Part shown: positions 1 through 12,599 of the stretch, piece by piece
How positions within the stretch are numbered: position 1 is the first letter of the stretch
Layout: each line of letters opens with the position of its first letter
Assembly (NCBI RefSeq): GCF_006345805.1
Contig: NC_043022.1
Span: forward strand, 17,174,001-17,238,000
DNA: 64,000 nt
Source of the DNA: Octopus sinensis
Taxonomy: Eukaryota
Direction of reading: 5' to 3'
Notes under the pieces: generated by a model
Databases searched by the model: none
What the model was told of the DNA's origin: nothing
What the model saw: the letters and a program-made list of their open reading frames with translations, nothing else
Translations under genes and position numbers: made by a program

Positions 1-142
1 CAGACTCAACGTGAAAAAGAAGCCACGAAATTTAAAGAACGGCTGATCTCTGCTGCCGGCGCCAGTGCCATGGGTACCAGTGACATAATGGTGGACACCA
101 GAAAATGTTTGGTTGACAATTGCGGTGGTTGTTCTGGATCAG
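1..142 (+). CDS. Candidate coding exon (5' end outside window) of the gene continuing at 1108
   Basis: Frame 1 is open from base 1 (QTQREKEATKFKERLISAAG...DNCGGCSGS) and ends at a CAG|GTAGAC donor in phase 1, compatible with the phase-1 exon at 1108. The other two + frames have stops. Confidence 0.4.
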
Positions 143-264
143 GTAGACTTTCATTTGGTGTCCGAATTATTTTCACTTCTCAATCAAAGTAGCTCCTGGC
201 ATCATTTTGTATTGCTCTGAAATTTCTTGTTCACTTAATATTTTATGACTTTTCTCAGGCATTG

Positions 265-490
265 CATCATCATCATCATCATCATCATCCTTTAATGTCC
301 CTTTTCCATGCTGGCATGGGTTGGAAGGCTTGATAGAAAGAGGCAAGTCATAAGACCACAACAAGCTTTGCTGTTTGCTTCGACAGGATTTCTGCAACTG
401 GAGTCTGGTGCAGCCTTCTGGTTTGCCAGCCCTCATTGAAACTGTCCAACCCATGCCAGCATGGAAAGTGGACGTTGAACGATGATGATA
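265..490. mobile_element. Two (GAT)n-tailed SINE 3' ends in inverted orientation
   Basis: tttccatgctggcatgggttgga (303-325) is the exact reverse complement of 445-467. (CAT)n and (GAT)n tails lie on the outer sides. The same tail recurs at ~10.7, 11.8, 15.1, 35.8 and 46.5 kb. Confidence 0.75.
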
Positions 491-1107
491 AATGTATTTA
501 CTGTGAAAATCTTTAAATATAGCCTGCACAAAGAGTTATTCGTCGAGGAGCGGTGCCTGCCATGCGTTGATAATAGGCAAATACCTTGAAACCTAGGTCC
601 GTATGTGGCATCCGCTTCTTCGGGGAATGATCTCCCTTTGCAGGCTAGAGGACACCGTGATGGTGTCAGCCCTCCTGGTGACATTGATGATCGCCTGGGG
701 CTAAATGCATCAGTAACACCCCCACCACCCTGCCCTGTCCCTAGCCACATTCAGATGGCTGATGTCCCTTATGTTATATATATATATATATATATATATA
801 CATACATACATACACACACATACATACATACATATATATATATATATGTATGATGTATGTATGTATATATATATGTGTATGTATATATATATATATCATT
901 TGCCATGTTGGACTGCTGAACTGTACAAGTTTTTCCATTCTCTCTCTGTTTATTTTCTCTTATTCCTTTCTGTTGAAAACTTTTCCATTTTATCCCCAAG
1001 CGCCAAACCAATACACCTGCCTGTTGTCCACACACCTGTCTTTGTCTTTTGTTTTCCTATAAATTCCAAACACACATATATATCTAGATATATACTTTCC
1101 TTTACAG

Positions 1108-1305
1108 GGACAGTGTGGTTGCGAAAGAGCCAAGCTTGCAGTCAGCTCCTGCGGACGTTCGTGAAGAAGGCCAGCATGCCTTTCCCCAACTTGCACAACA
1201 CCGTTGCATTCTTCAGCAGCACCAATGCCAACAGCTTGGTCCACCATTTGGCCTGTGAACAAGGCAGCATCTGTATTGAGACAATCCCCCTCTATGCGGT
1301 CATCG
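1108..1305 (+). CDS. Internal coding exon, SF2/DEAD-box-like helicase region (motif III-like FFSST)
   Basis: Acceptor ctttcctttacag|, donor ATCG|GTAAAT, 198 bp, phase 1-1, open reading TVWLRKSQ...NTVAFFSSTNANSLVHHLACEQGSICIETIPLYAVI. Helicase identity is inferred from TVAFFSST resembling QTLLFSAT. Confidence 0.65.
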
Positions 1306-1327
1306 GTAAATATCAGCATCTCACAGG

Positions 1328-1650
1328 AGAGAGGGGGGAAGGGAGAGAGGGAGGGAGGCAGAGGGAGAGTGAAAGATGGAAACAGAGAGGGGGGAGAGAC
1401 ATAGAAGAGAGAGGAGGAGGGAGGGAGAGAGAAAGATGGGAATAGAGAGGGAGAGAGAGACATAGAAGAGAGAGGAGGGAGGGGGGGAGGGAGGGAGAGA
1501 GAAATATGGGAATAGAGAGAGAGAGACATAGAAGAGAGAGAGGGGGAGGGAGGGAGAGAGAAAGATGGGAATAGAGAGGGAGAGAGAGATATAGAAGAGG
1601 GGGAGGGGAGAGAGAAAGATGGGAATAGAGAAAGAGAGAGAGTGTGAGAG
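1328..1650. repeat. GA-rich polypurine minisatellite, ~60-bp unit
   Basis: Recurrent gagagaaagatgggaatagagag...gacatagaagagag, about 5 copies. Confidence 0.8.
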
Positions 1651-1891
1651 GACACTTTGTGAATGTAACTGGGAAGGAGAAGGATGATGAAGAAGAGGAG
1701 GAAAAAGGTAGGAATGGTAGGGGAGGGGGAGGAGGAGGATGAGCGGAAGCTGTAAGTGAGGCATCTATAAGCGGTTGGGTGTTAGTGGGAGGAAACTGGT
1801 AGAAAAATTGGTTTCCTTCAAATAAATTGGTTTTCCACTTTCTTTATCTCTAACGTTCCATCACACTTTCTCTCTGTCTTTCTCTTTCAAA

Positions 1892-1924
<33 letters not shown>

Positions 1925-2233
1925 CCATGGTGGTTGTCTATTCCTTGTGCAAAGTCCTGACCACCTCTTCTACCTACACCTAAGATCCACCATGGCATCT
2001 GATGTGGCTTTTTAAACCAGACAATGTTTTGAAAAGACACCCACTGAGATTGCATATCCAATTTGGGACCACCCAGAACTGCAGTTAGGTTCTTTTGAGA
2101 CTTCCATTAGATTTGCAGACCTTATGGCAACACAGCCATAGACTCACATATACATACATACATGCATACATACATACATATACACACAGCCACATACATT
2201 CACTAATACATGCATAGATACATACAAACTTGA

Positions 2234-2270
<37 letters not shown>

Positions 2271-2313
2271 CATACACACATGAGTGTCCGTGTATATATT
2301 TATATATAGGTTG

Positions 2314-2498
2314 AAAATATGTGGAAAATATATATAAAAAGTGGAAGAGAAATGCCTTCGTTTCACATAGTTTAATATCTTTTTATAAAGAATTTTTTTT
2401 TAATATATATATTAAAAAATTTCTTTATAAGAAGATACTGAACTATGTGAAATGAAGGCATTTCTCTTCCACTTTTATATATATTTTCCACATATTTT
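2314..2498. repeat. Near-perfect ~185-bp AT-rich palindrome (fold-back)
   Basis: aaaatatgtggaaaatatatataaaaagtggaagagaaatgccttc... is mirrored by ...gaaggcatttctcttccacttttatatatattttccacatatttt around a central TA run. Confidence 0.85.
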
Positions 2499-2574
2499 AA
2501 ACTCATAATTTTGTCACATATATATATATATGCATGTATGTATGTAATTATCTCGCTCTCTCCTCTCTCTCTCT

Positions 2575-2688
2575 CTGTCTATCTATCTATCTATCTATCT
2601 ATCTATTATTATCTACCTATCTATTATCTATCTATCTGCTATCTATTATCTATCTATCTATCTCTCTATCTGTCTCTATTTATACTAC

Positions 2689-2742
<54 letters not shown>

Positions 2743-2787
2743 CTCTATCCTCTCTCTCCTCTATCTATCTATACTATCTCTTATCTG

Positions 2788-2829
<42 letters not shown>

Positions 2830-2900
2830 ATATCTATCTATCTCTATCTATCTCTCTATCTCTCTATCTATCTGTCTGTCTATATCTTTGTCTATCTATC

Positions 2901-2931
<31 letters not shown>

Positions 2932-3000
2932 CTACTCTCCTCTCTTCTCTCTCTCTCTCTGTTCTATCTATCTATCTATCTATCTATCTATCATTATCTA

Positions 3001-3050
<50 letters not shown>

Positions 3051-3131
3051 CTCTATCTGTCTCTATTTATCTACCTATCTATATCTATTCTATCTATCTA
3101 TCTATCTATATCTATCTATCTATCTCTCTAT

Positions 3132-3163
<32 letters not shown>

Positions 3164-3172
3164 CTCTATCTG

Positions 3173-3235
<63 letters not shown>

Positions 3236-3282
3236 CTCTATCTCTCTATCTATCTGTCTGTCTATATCTTTGTCTATCTATC

Positions 3283-3313
<31 letters not shown>

Positions 3314-3316
3314 CTA

Positions 3317-3353
<37 letters not shown>

Positions 3354-3657
3354 ATCTATCTATATATCTATCTATCTATTTATCTATCTATCTCTATCTA
3401 TCTATCTCTCTCTCTCTCTATCTATCTATATATCTATCTATCTATCTATAGATAGATAGACAGACAGACAGACAGATAGACAGACAGACAGACAGATAGA
3501 CAGACAGACAGACAGATAGACAGACAGACAGACAGATGGACAGACAGACAGACAGAGACAGACAGACAGACAGATAGATAGACAGACAGACAGACAGATA
3601 GACAAACAGACAGACAGACAGATGGACAGATGGATGGTTGGACAGACAGACAGACAG
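2575..3657. repeat. Compound microsatellite (CTAT)n/(CT)n followed by (GACA)n
   Basis: Directly visible. It generates the spurious LSIY/IYLS ORFs. Confidence 0.95.
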
Positions 3658-3705
3658 GTCAATGTAGTTGTAGAAGAATGAACTGCAGTGGTTTTGTTCT
3701 TTCAG

Positions 3706-3896
3706 AGCCTCTTCTCGACTCCAAGTACAATGTTGAAGAGAGTGAAACGGTTGAGGAGCTGCTCTTTGGTGGAGATGACAATCCTTCCCCTCTTTTGGAA
3801 ATCTTGGAGCAAGAACTTGCAATGAGGGCCTCGGGTAAAGTCATCGTGTTTCTGGAGACGGATAAAGATGTGGATGTCCTTCGAAATGTCCTCAAG
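3706..3896 (+). CDS. Internal coding exon, SF2/DEAD-box-like helicase C-terminal domain start (motif IV-like)
   Basis: Acceptor ttttgttctttcag|, donor AAG|GTAAAT. Phase 1 matches the upstream exon (G+AG=Glu). Encodes ...ASGKVIVFLETDKDVDVLRNVLK, similar to motif IV (KxLVFVETKxxAD). Confidence 0.7.
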
Positions 3897-3939
3897 GTAA
3901 ATGGTTACCTCTGTTTTTGTTCAACTCTTCATTGTCATC

Positions 3940-4752
3940 ATCATCGTCATCACCATCATTGCCACCACCACCATCACCATCACCACCACCATCACCACCA
4001 CCACCACCAGCATCACCAGCATCACCACCACACCACACCACCACCACCACCACCACCACCACCACCACTACCACCACCATCACCACCACCACCACCACCA
4101 CCACCACCACTACCACCACCATCACCACCACACACCACCACCACCACTATCACCACCACCATCCACCACCACCACCACCACCACACCACCATCACCACCA
4201 CCACCACCACCACCACCACTACCACCACCATCACCACCACCACCACCACCACCACCACCACCACCACCATCACCACCACCACACCACCATCACCACCACC
4301 CCACCACCACCACCACCACCACCATCACCACCCCCCCCACCACCACCACCACCACACTACCCCACCACCACCACCACCACCACCACCACACTACCACCAC
4401 CATCACCACACACCACCACCACCACACCACCACTACCACCACCACCACCACCACCACCACCACCACTACCACCACCATCACCACCACCACCACCACCACC
4501 ACTATCACCACCACCATCACCACCACCCCATCACTACCACCACCACACCACCACACACCCCACCACTACCACCACCACACCCACACCACCACTACCACAC
4601 CATCACACCACCACCACCACCACCACCACCACCACACCACTACCACCACCACCACCACCACCACCACCACCACTACACCACCATCACCACACCACCCACC
4701 ACCACCACTATCACCACCACCATCACCACCACCACCATCACTACCACCACCA
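3940..4752. repeat. (CCA/CAC)n trinucleotide microsatellite, ~800 bp, intronic
   Basis: Directly visible. Source of the poly-His/Pro/Thr ORFs. Confidence 0.95.
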
Positions 4753-5009
4753 CCTCTGCTCGTTTTTAATTCAGTGTTTTGGAGGAATGTGAAATGAAGT
4801 CTTGCCCAAGAACACAACGGACTGCCTGCTTCAGGAATTGAACTCTTGACCTCTTGAGATATATGTATATATATATATATACAAGCAGGAGGACCCAGTT
4901 TCACTCAGGTTATAAACTCATAGCCCTTAATACACTACTCTTTTCTTACTCCTTTGCATTTGCTGGAGTCAGGTGGAATTTTTCAAGTGCAGTCTTGAAG
5001 CTTCTAATT

Positions 5010-5400
5010 AGGTTTGTTGTTGTTGTTGTGCATCCTCTTTGGCAGAGATACTGCAATGGTCAACCTGATGCCAGAAATGTTCTTGCACCTCACTTTTGCC
5101 CTTCTTGTTAGCAAGCACCCATAAAATATATATGAAGAAATTTTGGTGACCAATTTGAAAGAGGAAGCAGAGAGCCAATCCGATGATAAACCTGACCTTG
5201 GACCTTGGAAGTTTACAGGGATCCTGGTCCAATTAAATCTCCTGTGGCTCCAAATGATGTCATCTGCAGTGCAGCAGCGTTGTATTGTCGAATTTTGTTT
5301 TGGAAGTGCTTGGAATCTTGGTCACTTGATGACAACAGTTTCTTCAAAGGCTCAGATACGTGTGCAGTGCAAAGCTGAATATAAAGTGAACAGTGAAGTA
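5010..5400 (-). mobile_element. Helitron RepHel fragment (degenerate)
   Basis: Minus-strand frames give SEPLKKLLSSSDQDSKHFQNKIRQYNAAALQMTSFGA and KVQGQVYHRIGSLLP...PKFLHIYFMG, typical N-terminal Helitron RepHel motifs, split by a frameshift. Confidence 0.75.
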
Positions 5401-5593
5401 AGGGTTGGGTGCTGGTGCCTCGGGCTTCTTTCAGTTTCCATCTATCAAACCCACTCACAAGACTTTGGTCAGTTTGAGGCTATAGTAGAAAGCACTTGCC
5501 CAAGGTGCCACACAGTGGGACTGAACCCTGAACCATGTGGTCCGTTTAAATGCTAACGGGTTAATTACAGAAAAATCTCATCTTGTTTTGCAG

Positions 5594-5868
5594 ATTCTTA
5601 TGATTTACAACAACAAAATAGACAACGTTGTAAATTCTATATCAGCAAGAATGTGACTGAAACCAAGATTTCTGCATCTCTGAGAAGGAAGCTGGATGTA
5701 TGGAGCAGCAGCACTTGCCCTCGCTTTAGCCGGGTTGCTGTAACCCCTTTCTCGATATCAAAAATCCCAACAGAGAAGTTACGTCGCAGTGCAGAAAAAA
5801 GCAAAGCAAGGAATGAGCGAAAAATTGCAGCACAAAATTGGGAGATCGATTGGTTGGAGAGTCTGTGA
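5594..5868 (+). CDS. Candidate terminal exon of the helicase-like gene
   Basis: Acceptor tcttgttttgcag|. The phase-1 frame is open for ~90 codons (SYDLQQQNRQRCKF...DWLESL*). A direct phase-0 join from 3896 would stop at 5654-5656, so the frame or a connecting exon is unresolved. Confidence 0.4.
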
Positions 5869-6804
5869 TCTTTGATGTTAAACCTGATTAGGAAGTTGTT
5901 ATAAAGATTATAAGATCATACGAAACAGTTTTTAATTCATTAAGTATAATAAATATATATAAGGTTATAAGGAAAGCACCAGACTTGCAGAATCCAGTCA
6001 CCTGGGATTTCTAAGTCAAAATTTTACTTAACTCTTTAACATTCAAGCCGGCCATATCCAGCCTAAATATTCTCCCTGTTTTGTATTTAAAGTGACCAGA
6101 TCTGGCCTTTCATACCTACCCTGAAATGTCATTCTAAAAGTAAACAATCACATCGTTTGAAATCTAAAAGCTATGAGATAATGCAGGATTAATTCAAAAC
6201 AATTTGAAAGATTAAGGATTCCATTTGACTGAGTAATTTGAACAATAAAGGCTTAAAGCAGCTGGCAAAAGCTTTTGTTCTTATAAGCTGGATAAATGGT
6301 GAAATAAAATTTCAAACAGGTTACCCTGGGTAGCTGTACTTTGCAGGACTTGTGATTTTCATTATAACATTATCTTTACTCCCTTAGCTGCTTGAGTGTC
6401 ACTCTGCTTGTTGAAGCCTTACCACACACACACACACACACACACACACATGGAGAAAGAAAGTGTATTTCCACACAGAAATAATACAGGATTGTTGGTT
6501 TCGGGGGTTGAAAATGCCCCTGAGTCTCAAAGCATGTCGTTGCTTTTAAATTTTGTTGCAAAACAAAAAAATTGTGGAAACCGGTTTGATATTTTAATAA
6601 GAAGCTTTCGAAAACGATCTCCTAGACATGAGTTCAAAACTTATTAAAACACACGGACCTTCAACTTGTAACTAGTTTGATAAATGCCAACACACGAAAC
6701 TCTCAGACCTTGAGTCACTCTGTTACTTCTGCTAAATATCAATAAAAATATCCATTTAACTCATATCTTTTGAGTTCTATTATTCCTGGTTGCATCAACA
6801 TACC

Positions 6805-6844
<40 letters not shown>

Positions 6845-7049
6845 ATATATATTATATATATATATATATATTATATATATATATATATATATCAAAAGGA
6901 ATGAAGAAAAAATGCTGACAAAATAATTTAAGAAGGGAAGGGAGAGTGTATTTAATTAGGTGAAAGTTCTTTTTACCGGTTGTGCATTTGTTGTGCTTAT
7001 CAAAAGATATTTTTAAGAGAGATAGAGATAGATATATATATATATATAT

Positions 7050-7261
7050 AATTATAACTTAGGGTATCTATGAGATACCACTATGCTGAAAATAGCAGCC
7101 ATGATCTGACTCTAAAACCACCTTAAGTGTTCGTATAGCAACACGGAGCGAAGACAAAAAGACAAGATAAAAATAGTAGTCTTTGCTCCGTGTTGCTATA
7201 TGAACACTTGAGGTAGTTTTAGAGTCAGATCATGGCTGCTAAGATACCCTAAGTTATAATT
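7050..7261. repeat. Long fold-back hairpin (~83-bp stem, ~23-nt loop, one 23-nt bulge)
   Basis: aattataacttagggtatct + tagcagccatgatctgactctaaaacc...ggagcgaagac pairs with gtctttgctcc...catggctgctaagataccctaagttataatt. Confidence 0.85.
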
Positions 7262-7399
7262 TTAATAATTATTACCTTTGAAGGTTATTTTTTCCATGCT
7301 GGCCTCTTGATAAGATCGTTATTTTATTTTAAATTAACGATATTATCCTTATTTATATATATATACATAAATAGAGTGAAAAAACTACAGAGGACATGT

Positions 7400-8420
7400 G
7401 TTATTTGGCTAAATAATATATTTAAATCGTCATATTAGAAAAGTGTTATCAAATTTTGTGAGTAGTGACATTGTTTTTTGGAGAAATAACTGGTTTCGTG
7501 TTTTCTTTTCAAATGTCTCAAATTTCTTTACCGATATTGTGTCATTTCTTCACTATGGTTTGAAGTAGGAGAGTTTCAGACGGAAGGGGGGGGGGATCAG
7601 AGATGCCTTCGGTATAAAGGAGATAATAAAAAATGTTGGGAATGGTTAGGTTTTATTGATTTAACATGATTTCGTTTAGGAAGGATAGAAAGTTAGAAGT
7701 GGTTAAGTTTTGCTTTATATTTTTTCCAATCAGGTAAAAGATTCCTTATTTAAAAATGTTAGAAATGGTTAAGTTTTTGGCTTATATTTTTCAACAAAGT
7801 AGGTTTCCTTATTTAAACTAACTTGTGTTTGTGTTCCAATGGCACATTGATAGAATGGAAAGATTGCAAGTTGTGGTAGCAGTTGCTTTGTGCGTCTCTC
7901 AATGTGTTCCCTAAAGGGTATCATTCTGTATTCTAGGAATGCAATCTGCGTCTGAGCGATAATTTTGCCTTTGTGAGGATCTTTTTTAGTGATTTCGGTT
8001 CATTGGGACTTTTAATAATCGTACGTGTATGCAAACTTTATTTTAATTTGGAGGGTCCTTATGTAGCATTGGTAAATTTTGGGTGATGATAATGAAAGCT
8101 TCTTTGTTTCTGGGGTTGTAGGTGGATATGTACGGCAGTATTTTCGGGGAAGTTGTGTTTAACTTTTCTTAAGGTTTCTCTGTCGATTTGTGTTCCACGT
8201 CTGATTCCATCCTTTAGAAATTGAACTGGGCAGTGTCTGTCAATCAGGGTGTTTTTGGGTTCCTGCAGTCGAAAGTCTCTGGTATTTTGTGCATATCCTT
8301 CTTGCAAGGTTGAAGGGGATGTTTGTTTTGGTGTGTCTTGGGTGACATGAATTAAATAGATATTGTCTGGCGTCTGTGATTTTGTGATTCTGTGCGAGAT
8401 TTATTATTTAAAAAAACAAA
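7400..8420 (-). mobile_element. Penelope-like element 3' fragment (RT C-terminus, GIY-YIG region), degenerate
   Basis: Minus-strand IIKSPNEPKSLKKILTKAK linker and HIE...IFPFYQC...LNKETYFVEKYKPK C-terminus resemble mollusc Penelope elements. Confidence 0.6.
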
Positions 8421-8589
8421 AAAACTCAACTGAATTTTGTAGCTTAAGAAGGAGGAGGAAGCAGGGTTACTTCCCTTTGACTGTTTATTTTTAGGATTAC
8501 AAAGATAAATGGATATTTTGATGGGATTTGGGTATTATTTGGAATATTGACAGCGGTAGGAGCAAGATAAGTACTCTTGTTTGTTATTG

Positions 8590-9765
8590 TATCTGAGCAT
8601 TGGATTCGTCGGTTTCCAGTCAGTCTGATGTTTGTGCTGAAAGTGACTTTGGAGTCCGAGTCGGTGGTGAAAGAGTCGTAGGCAGAACTCACACGGGATG
8701 GTCGGAGCAGGTCGACGACGTTGAAGATGCTCCCTTCTTCTCCTGCGTTTTGTCTCCTCATTCTGTTGTCTGTTCTGCTCGAAGGAGCTGGCTCCATTCG
8801 GGATAGCAGTCCTCCAGGCTGTCCTATCCGTGGCAATCTGTTCCCTTTGAGGATGGCTGGATGTTAGCTTGAGCCAAGGTCCGATTGAGCTGGTCTTTAA
8901 AACGGAATTTCGGACCTCCTCTGAGCCTTGTTCTAATTGCAAGTTCTCTGCAGAGACGAGAGGGCTGAACGCTCCAGCAGAGACGATGGCAAAGAATTGT
9001 GGCTTCGACGCTTGGTAGAGAGGCACGGCGAAGAACCTCGTTGTTGGCAATGTGATCTTCCCATTGTATGTTGTGGATCCGTCGTAGCTTCGATTGTTGG
9101 GAAGCATTCAAGGCGCCTGAAGTCATGGCGGTACAACGACCAAGTCTCACAAGCGTAGAGTAGTGTTGAGAGGACATTGGCACGGAAGACCATGATCTTT
9201 GTCCGGGTGGTCAGTGCGTGATTGAAGAATACACGTTGGCTGAGTCTATCGAAGGCAGAGTGAGCCGCCCCAATCCGGTTCTCCACGTCCTTTTCACACG
9301 TGGGGTTCTTCGAAAGGATACTTCTAAGGTATGTAAAGTGTTCAACTTCTTCTCGGGCTGGACCGTTGATGCTAACGTTTGTGAGTGACTGTTCTCACCT
9401 GGTGCAGGCTGGATCAGTGTCTTGGTCTTTAAGGTGTTTACCTGCATCCCAAAGGGTTTGTAAAGATCGACCATCCTTTGTACGCCATCTGCGGTCTGGC
9501 TTGGAGCGGCATTGTCGTCGGCGTACTGCATCTCAAAGACTGAGATGGTGGAGCTCCTCGTCTTTGCATGGAGACATGCGAGATTGAAGGGTCCATCATC
9601 CAAGAGAACGCATGTTGATGGAAGGCGGGTCTAGTTGTTCTTTGTCGGGTAAGGGGACAAAATAGGGATGACGAGTTCGTGCTTGGCGCAAAGGCCCAGG
9701 AGGAGCTGGCTATTGGCATTTCCCAATGCCATTCCACAGACAATGGTCACTGTTGACTCTGCCGT

Positions 9766-9770
<5 letters not shown>
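8590..9770 (-). mobile_element. RTE-clade LINE, internally deleted (APE tail joined to RT C-half and terminal C2H2 finger)
   Basis: FEMQYADD, LGSIL, TKIMVFRANVLSTLLYACETW, RGGPKFRFKDQL and CEFCLRLFHHRLGLQSH. An endonuclease piece (GNANSQLLLGLCAKHELVI) sits directly upstream of the RT piece. Confidence 0.85.
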
Positions 9771-9805
<35 letters not shown>

Positions 9806-10258
9806 TGTGTGTGTGTGTGTGTTTTTGTATGCATGTTGCATATATGCCCGTATGTATGTGTGTGTGCATATGCATAAATGCGTCATATTTTCTAGGGCTT
9901 CCTCTTTCTGCAAAACTGTCCATTTGATGAGTGTTATTGTCTATATCCCGCCTGATAAGATTCATGCATTGCTGGCCATAATTCTTCCTGTCCGATGTAT
10001 TTTGAATGCATCCATCGAAACCTACGTCGATGATATGAAGATATAAATGATTTAATAACATCCTGAGCGTTTGTCTCCATTAAAAATTTTTCCCATTTTC
10101 TCCTAAATACATCTCCCTTCTCCCCGGGATCAAATCCCACAAAAGTGTGACCATTGTTTCCTGAGACACTTAAGCAACATTTAGCTTCCTTGTAATTATT
10201 CCCCTGGATCTTTCCTACAAATTGCACACTCATACATATGTGTGTCTGTGTGCATGTG

Positions 10259-10300
<42 letters not shown>

Positions 10301-10407
10301 CGTATGCTTATATATGTGTTTATATATGTATATTTGCATATGTATTTTTATATATATATGCTCATATACATATATATGTTTATATATATGTATATATACA
10401 TACATAC

Positions 10408-10439
<32 letters not shown>

Positions 10440-10543
10440 ATACGTATGCTTATATATATGTTTATATATATATGTATATTTGCATATGTATGCTTATATA
10501 TCTATATGCTCATATACATATATATGCTTATATATATGTATAT

Positions 10544-10617
<74 letters not shown>

Positions 10618-10619
10618 AC

Positions 10620-10786
10620 TACACACTCGGAGTGGTTGGCGTAAGGAATGGCATCCAGTTGTAGAAACTTTGCCAGATCAGATTGAGCCTGGTGCAGCCA
10701 TCTGGTTCACCAGTCCTCAGTCAAACCGTCCAACCCATGCCAGCATGGAAAGCAGACGTTAAATGATGTTGATGATGATGATGATG
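10620..10786 (+). mobile_element. (GAT)n-tailed SINE 3' portion
   Basis: ggttggcgtaaggaatggcatccag...ccaacccatgccagcatggaaagcagacgttaaatgatg; same family as 265-490. Confidence 0.75.
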
Positions 10787-11307
10787 ATTTATGTTTATAT
10801 ATATATATATATATATAGATGAGTGGGGGTGATAAATAGTAGAGTGCATGTGTCATAGGTTAAGTAATTAGGATTATGGACTCTATATTCAAAAGGTTTC
10901 ATTCAAGGGCAGTAGGTGGCTAGATGTATACACACACACACACATTCACATATATGTATGTATGCATGTATGTGTGTATATATATGTATGTACGTGTGCG
11001 TGTATGTGTAGAAGAGGAACAAAGCAGTCCCTGTACCAAGCTGACACGCACTTAGACACAGACAGGTACAGCAGAGCAAACACAGCCTCCTCCTGACAAA
11101 AGTATTTAGCTGGGTAGACACACACCTAAATTGCCCTTAGACTAGTTCATGTGTGAGTGTGTGTGTGCGGGGTGGGGCGGGAGGGTATCTTCTAATTCTA
11201 TGTTTGTATAGAGGAAAAACAACCTTTTTAATATGTTTCATGTACTTAATGAAACATATATATATGTAGATATGTATATACTTATGCATATATATGTATG
11301 TGTACAA

Positions 11308-11359
<52 letters not shown>

Positions 11360-11396
11360 AAATATATAATTATATACATCTCTCTCTATATATATA

Positions 11397-11453
<57 letters not shown>

Positions 11454-11840
11454 ATTATAACAAGGGTAAAAATCATAATTTTACCAGGTGGTCAGTGTGG
11501 AAAGAAAAACATCATAGGTAAATTTTACAAAATATTTTATAATTATATGCATAATTATAACAAGGGATCAGCTATACACCTCACCACACACTGTAGAAAT
11601 AGACGCCAAAGGCCCTATTACCACCTTAAAATCTCTGAGAATAACACACTATATCATAGGCGAGCAAAAGAAAAATAATGAATCAACAACTTTCGGTTAA
11701 CCGCGTACAAGAATCCTGTTTCAAGCTTAAAGTAAAAAATATTACCTATTCATATATATATATATACATATATACGTCCAACCCATGCTAGCATGGAAAA
11801 CGGACGCTAAACGACGATGATGATGAGGATGATATACATA

Positions 11841-11980
<140 letters not shown>

Positions 11981-12099
11981 CATATATGTGTGTGTGTGTG
12001 TATATATATATTTATACATACTACACTTGCAGTCACACACACACTCATATACATTTTTTTATGTATATATATATGCATACATGCATATGTATATATGTC

Positions 12100-12136
<37 letters not shown>

Positions 12137-12599
12137 TAGAAGGTTTGGAGGTGATGTACAGGTATTTTATATTAGAAGAAATGAGGTACTCAGAAATTCG
12201 GATGGTTTTATATTTACAGATATTTATTTGTATGTTACATGTTTTTATAAATCATATATCATATATTATCACTTTCGTTCATTTGTCTATATCTAAGGTT
12301 AGTAAGCCCCAATCTCCAACACTAAAGGGTATTCGATTTCTCAGGATGAACGACAAAAGCTGCCAAGGCAAAGGCAATGGTAGGGGACCCATTTTCTATT
12401 TTGCATTCAACCTCAGTCAGCAAGACGCAAGTGAACTTGAAGAGCAGACTAGTCTACCCAGAGGAGACAGTAGCAACATTTCTCTGACCAGACATGTTCC
12501 TGCTCTCCAGGAATACAAAAGCAACCAATATGGTCAGGCTCACAGTGCCTTGCGAGGACAGACTCAACACTTCCCACCAGTTAAAAGAAAATTGAAACA

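Noticed and set aside
525-770. GC-richer patch as an additional coding exon
   Set aside because: Candidate acceptors (tatag| ~522, ttgcag| ~643) give stops in the phase needed to join the neighbouring exons.
2511-4797. Long ORFs (LSIY-rich; poly-His/Pro/Thr, extensin-like)
   Set aside because: Translations of (CTAT)n and (CCA)n microsatellites that are open in several frames; not genes.
9880-10200. Minus-strand ORF-like patch
   Set aside because: No family could be recognised, it is interrupted by stops and flanked by microsatellites; insufficient support.
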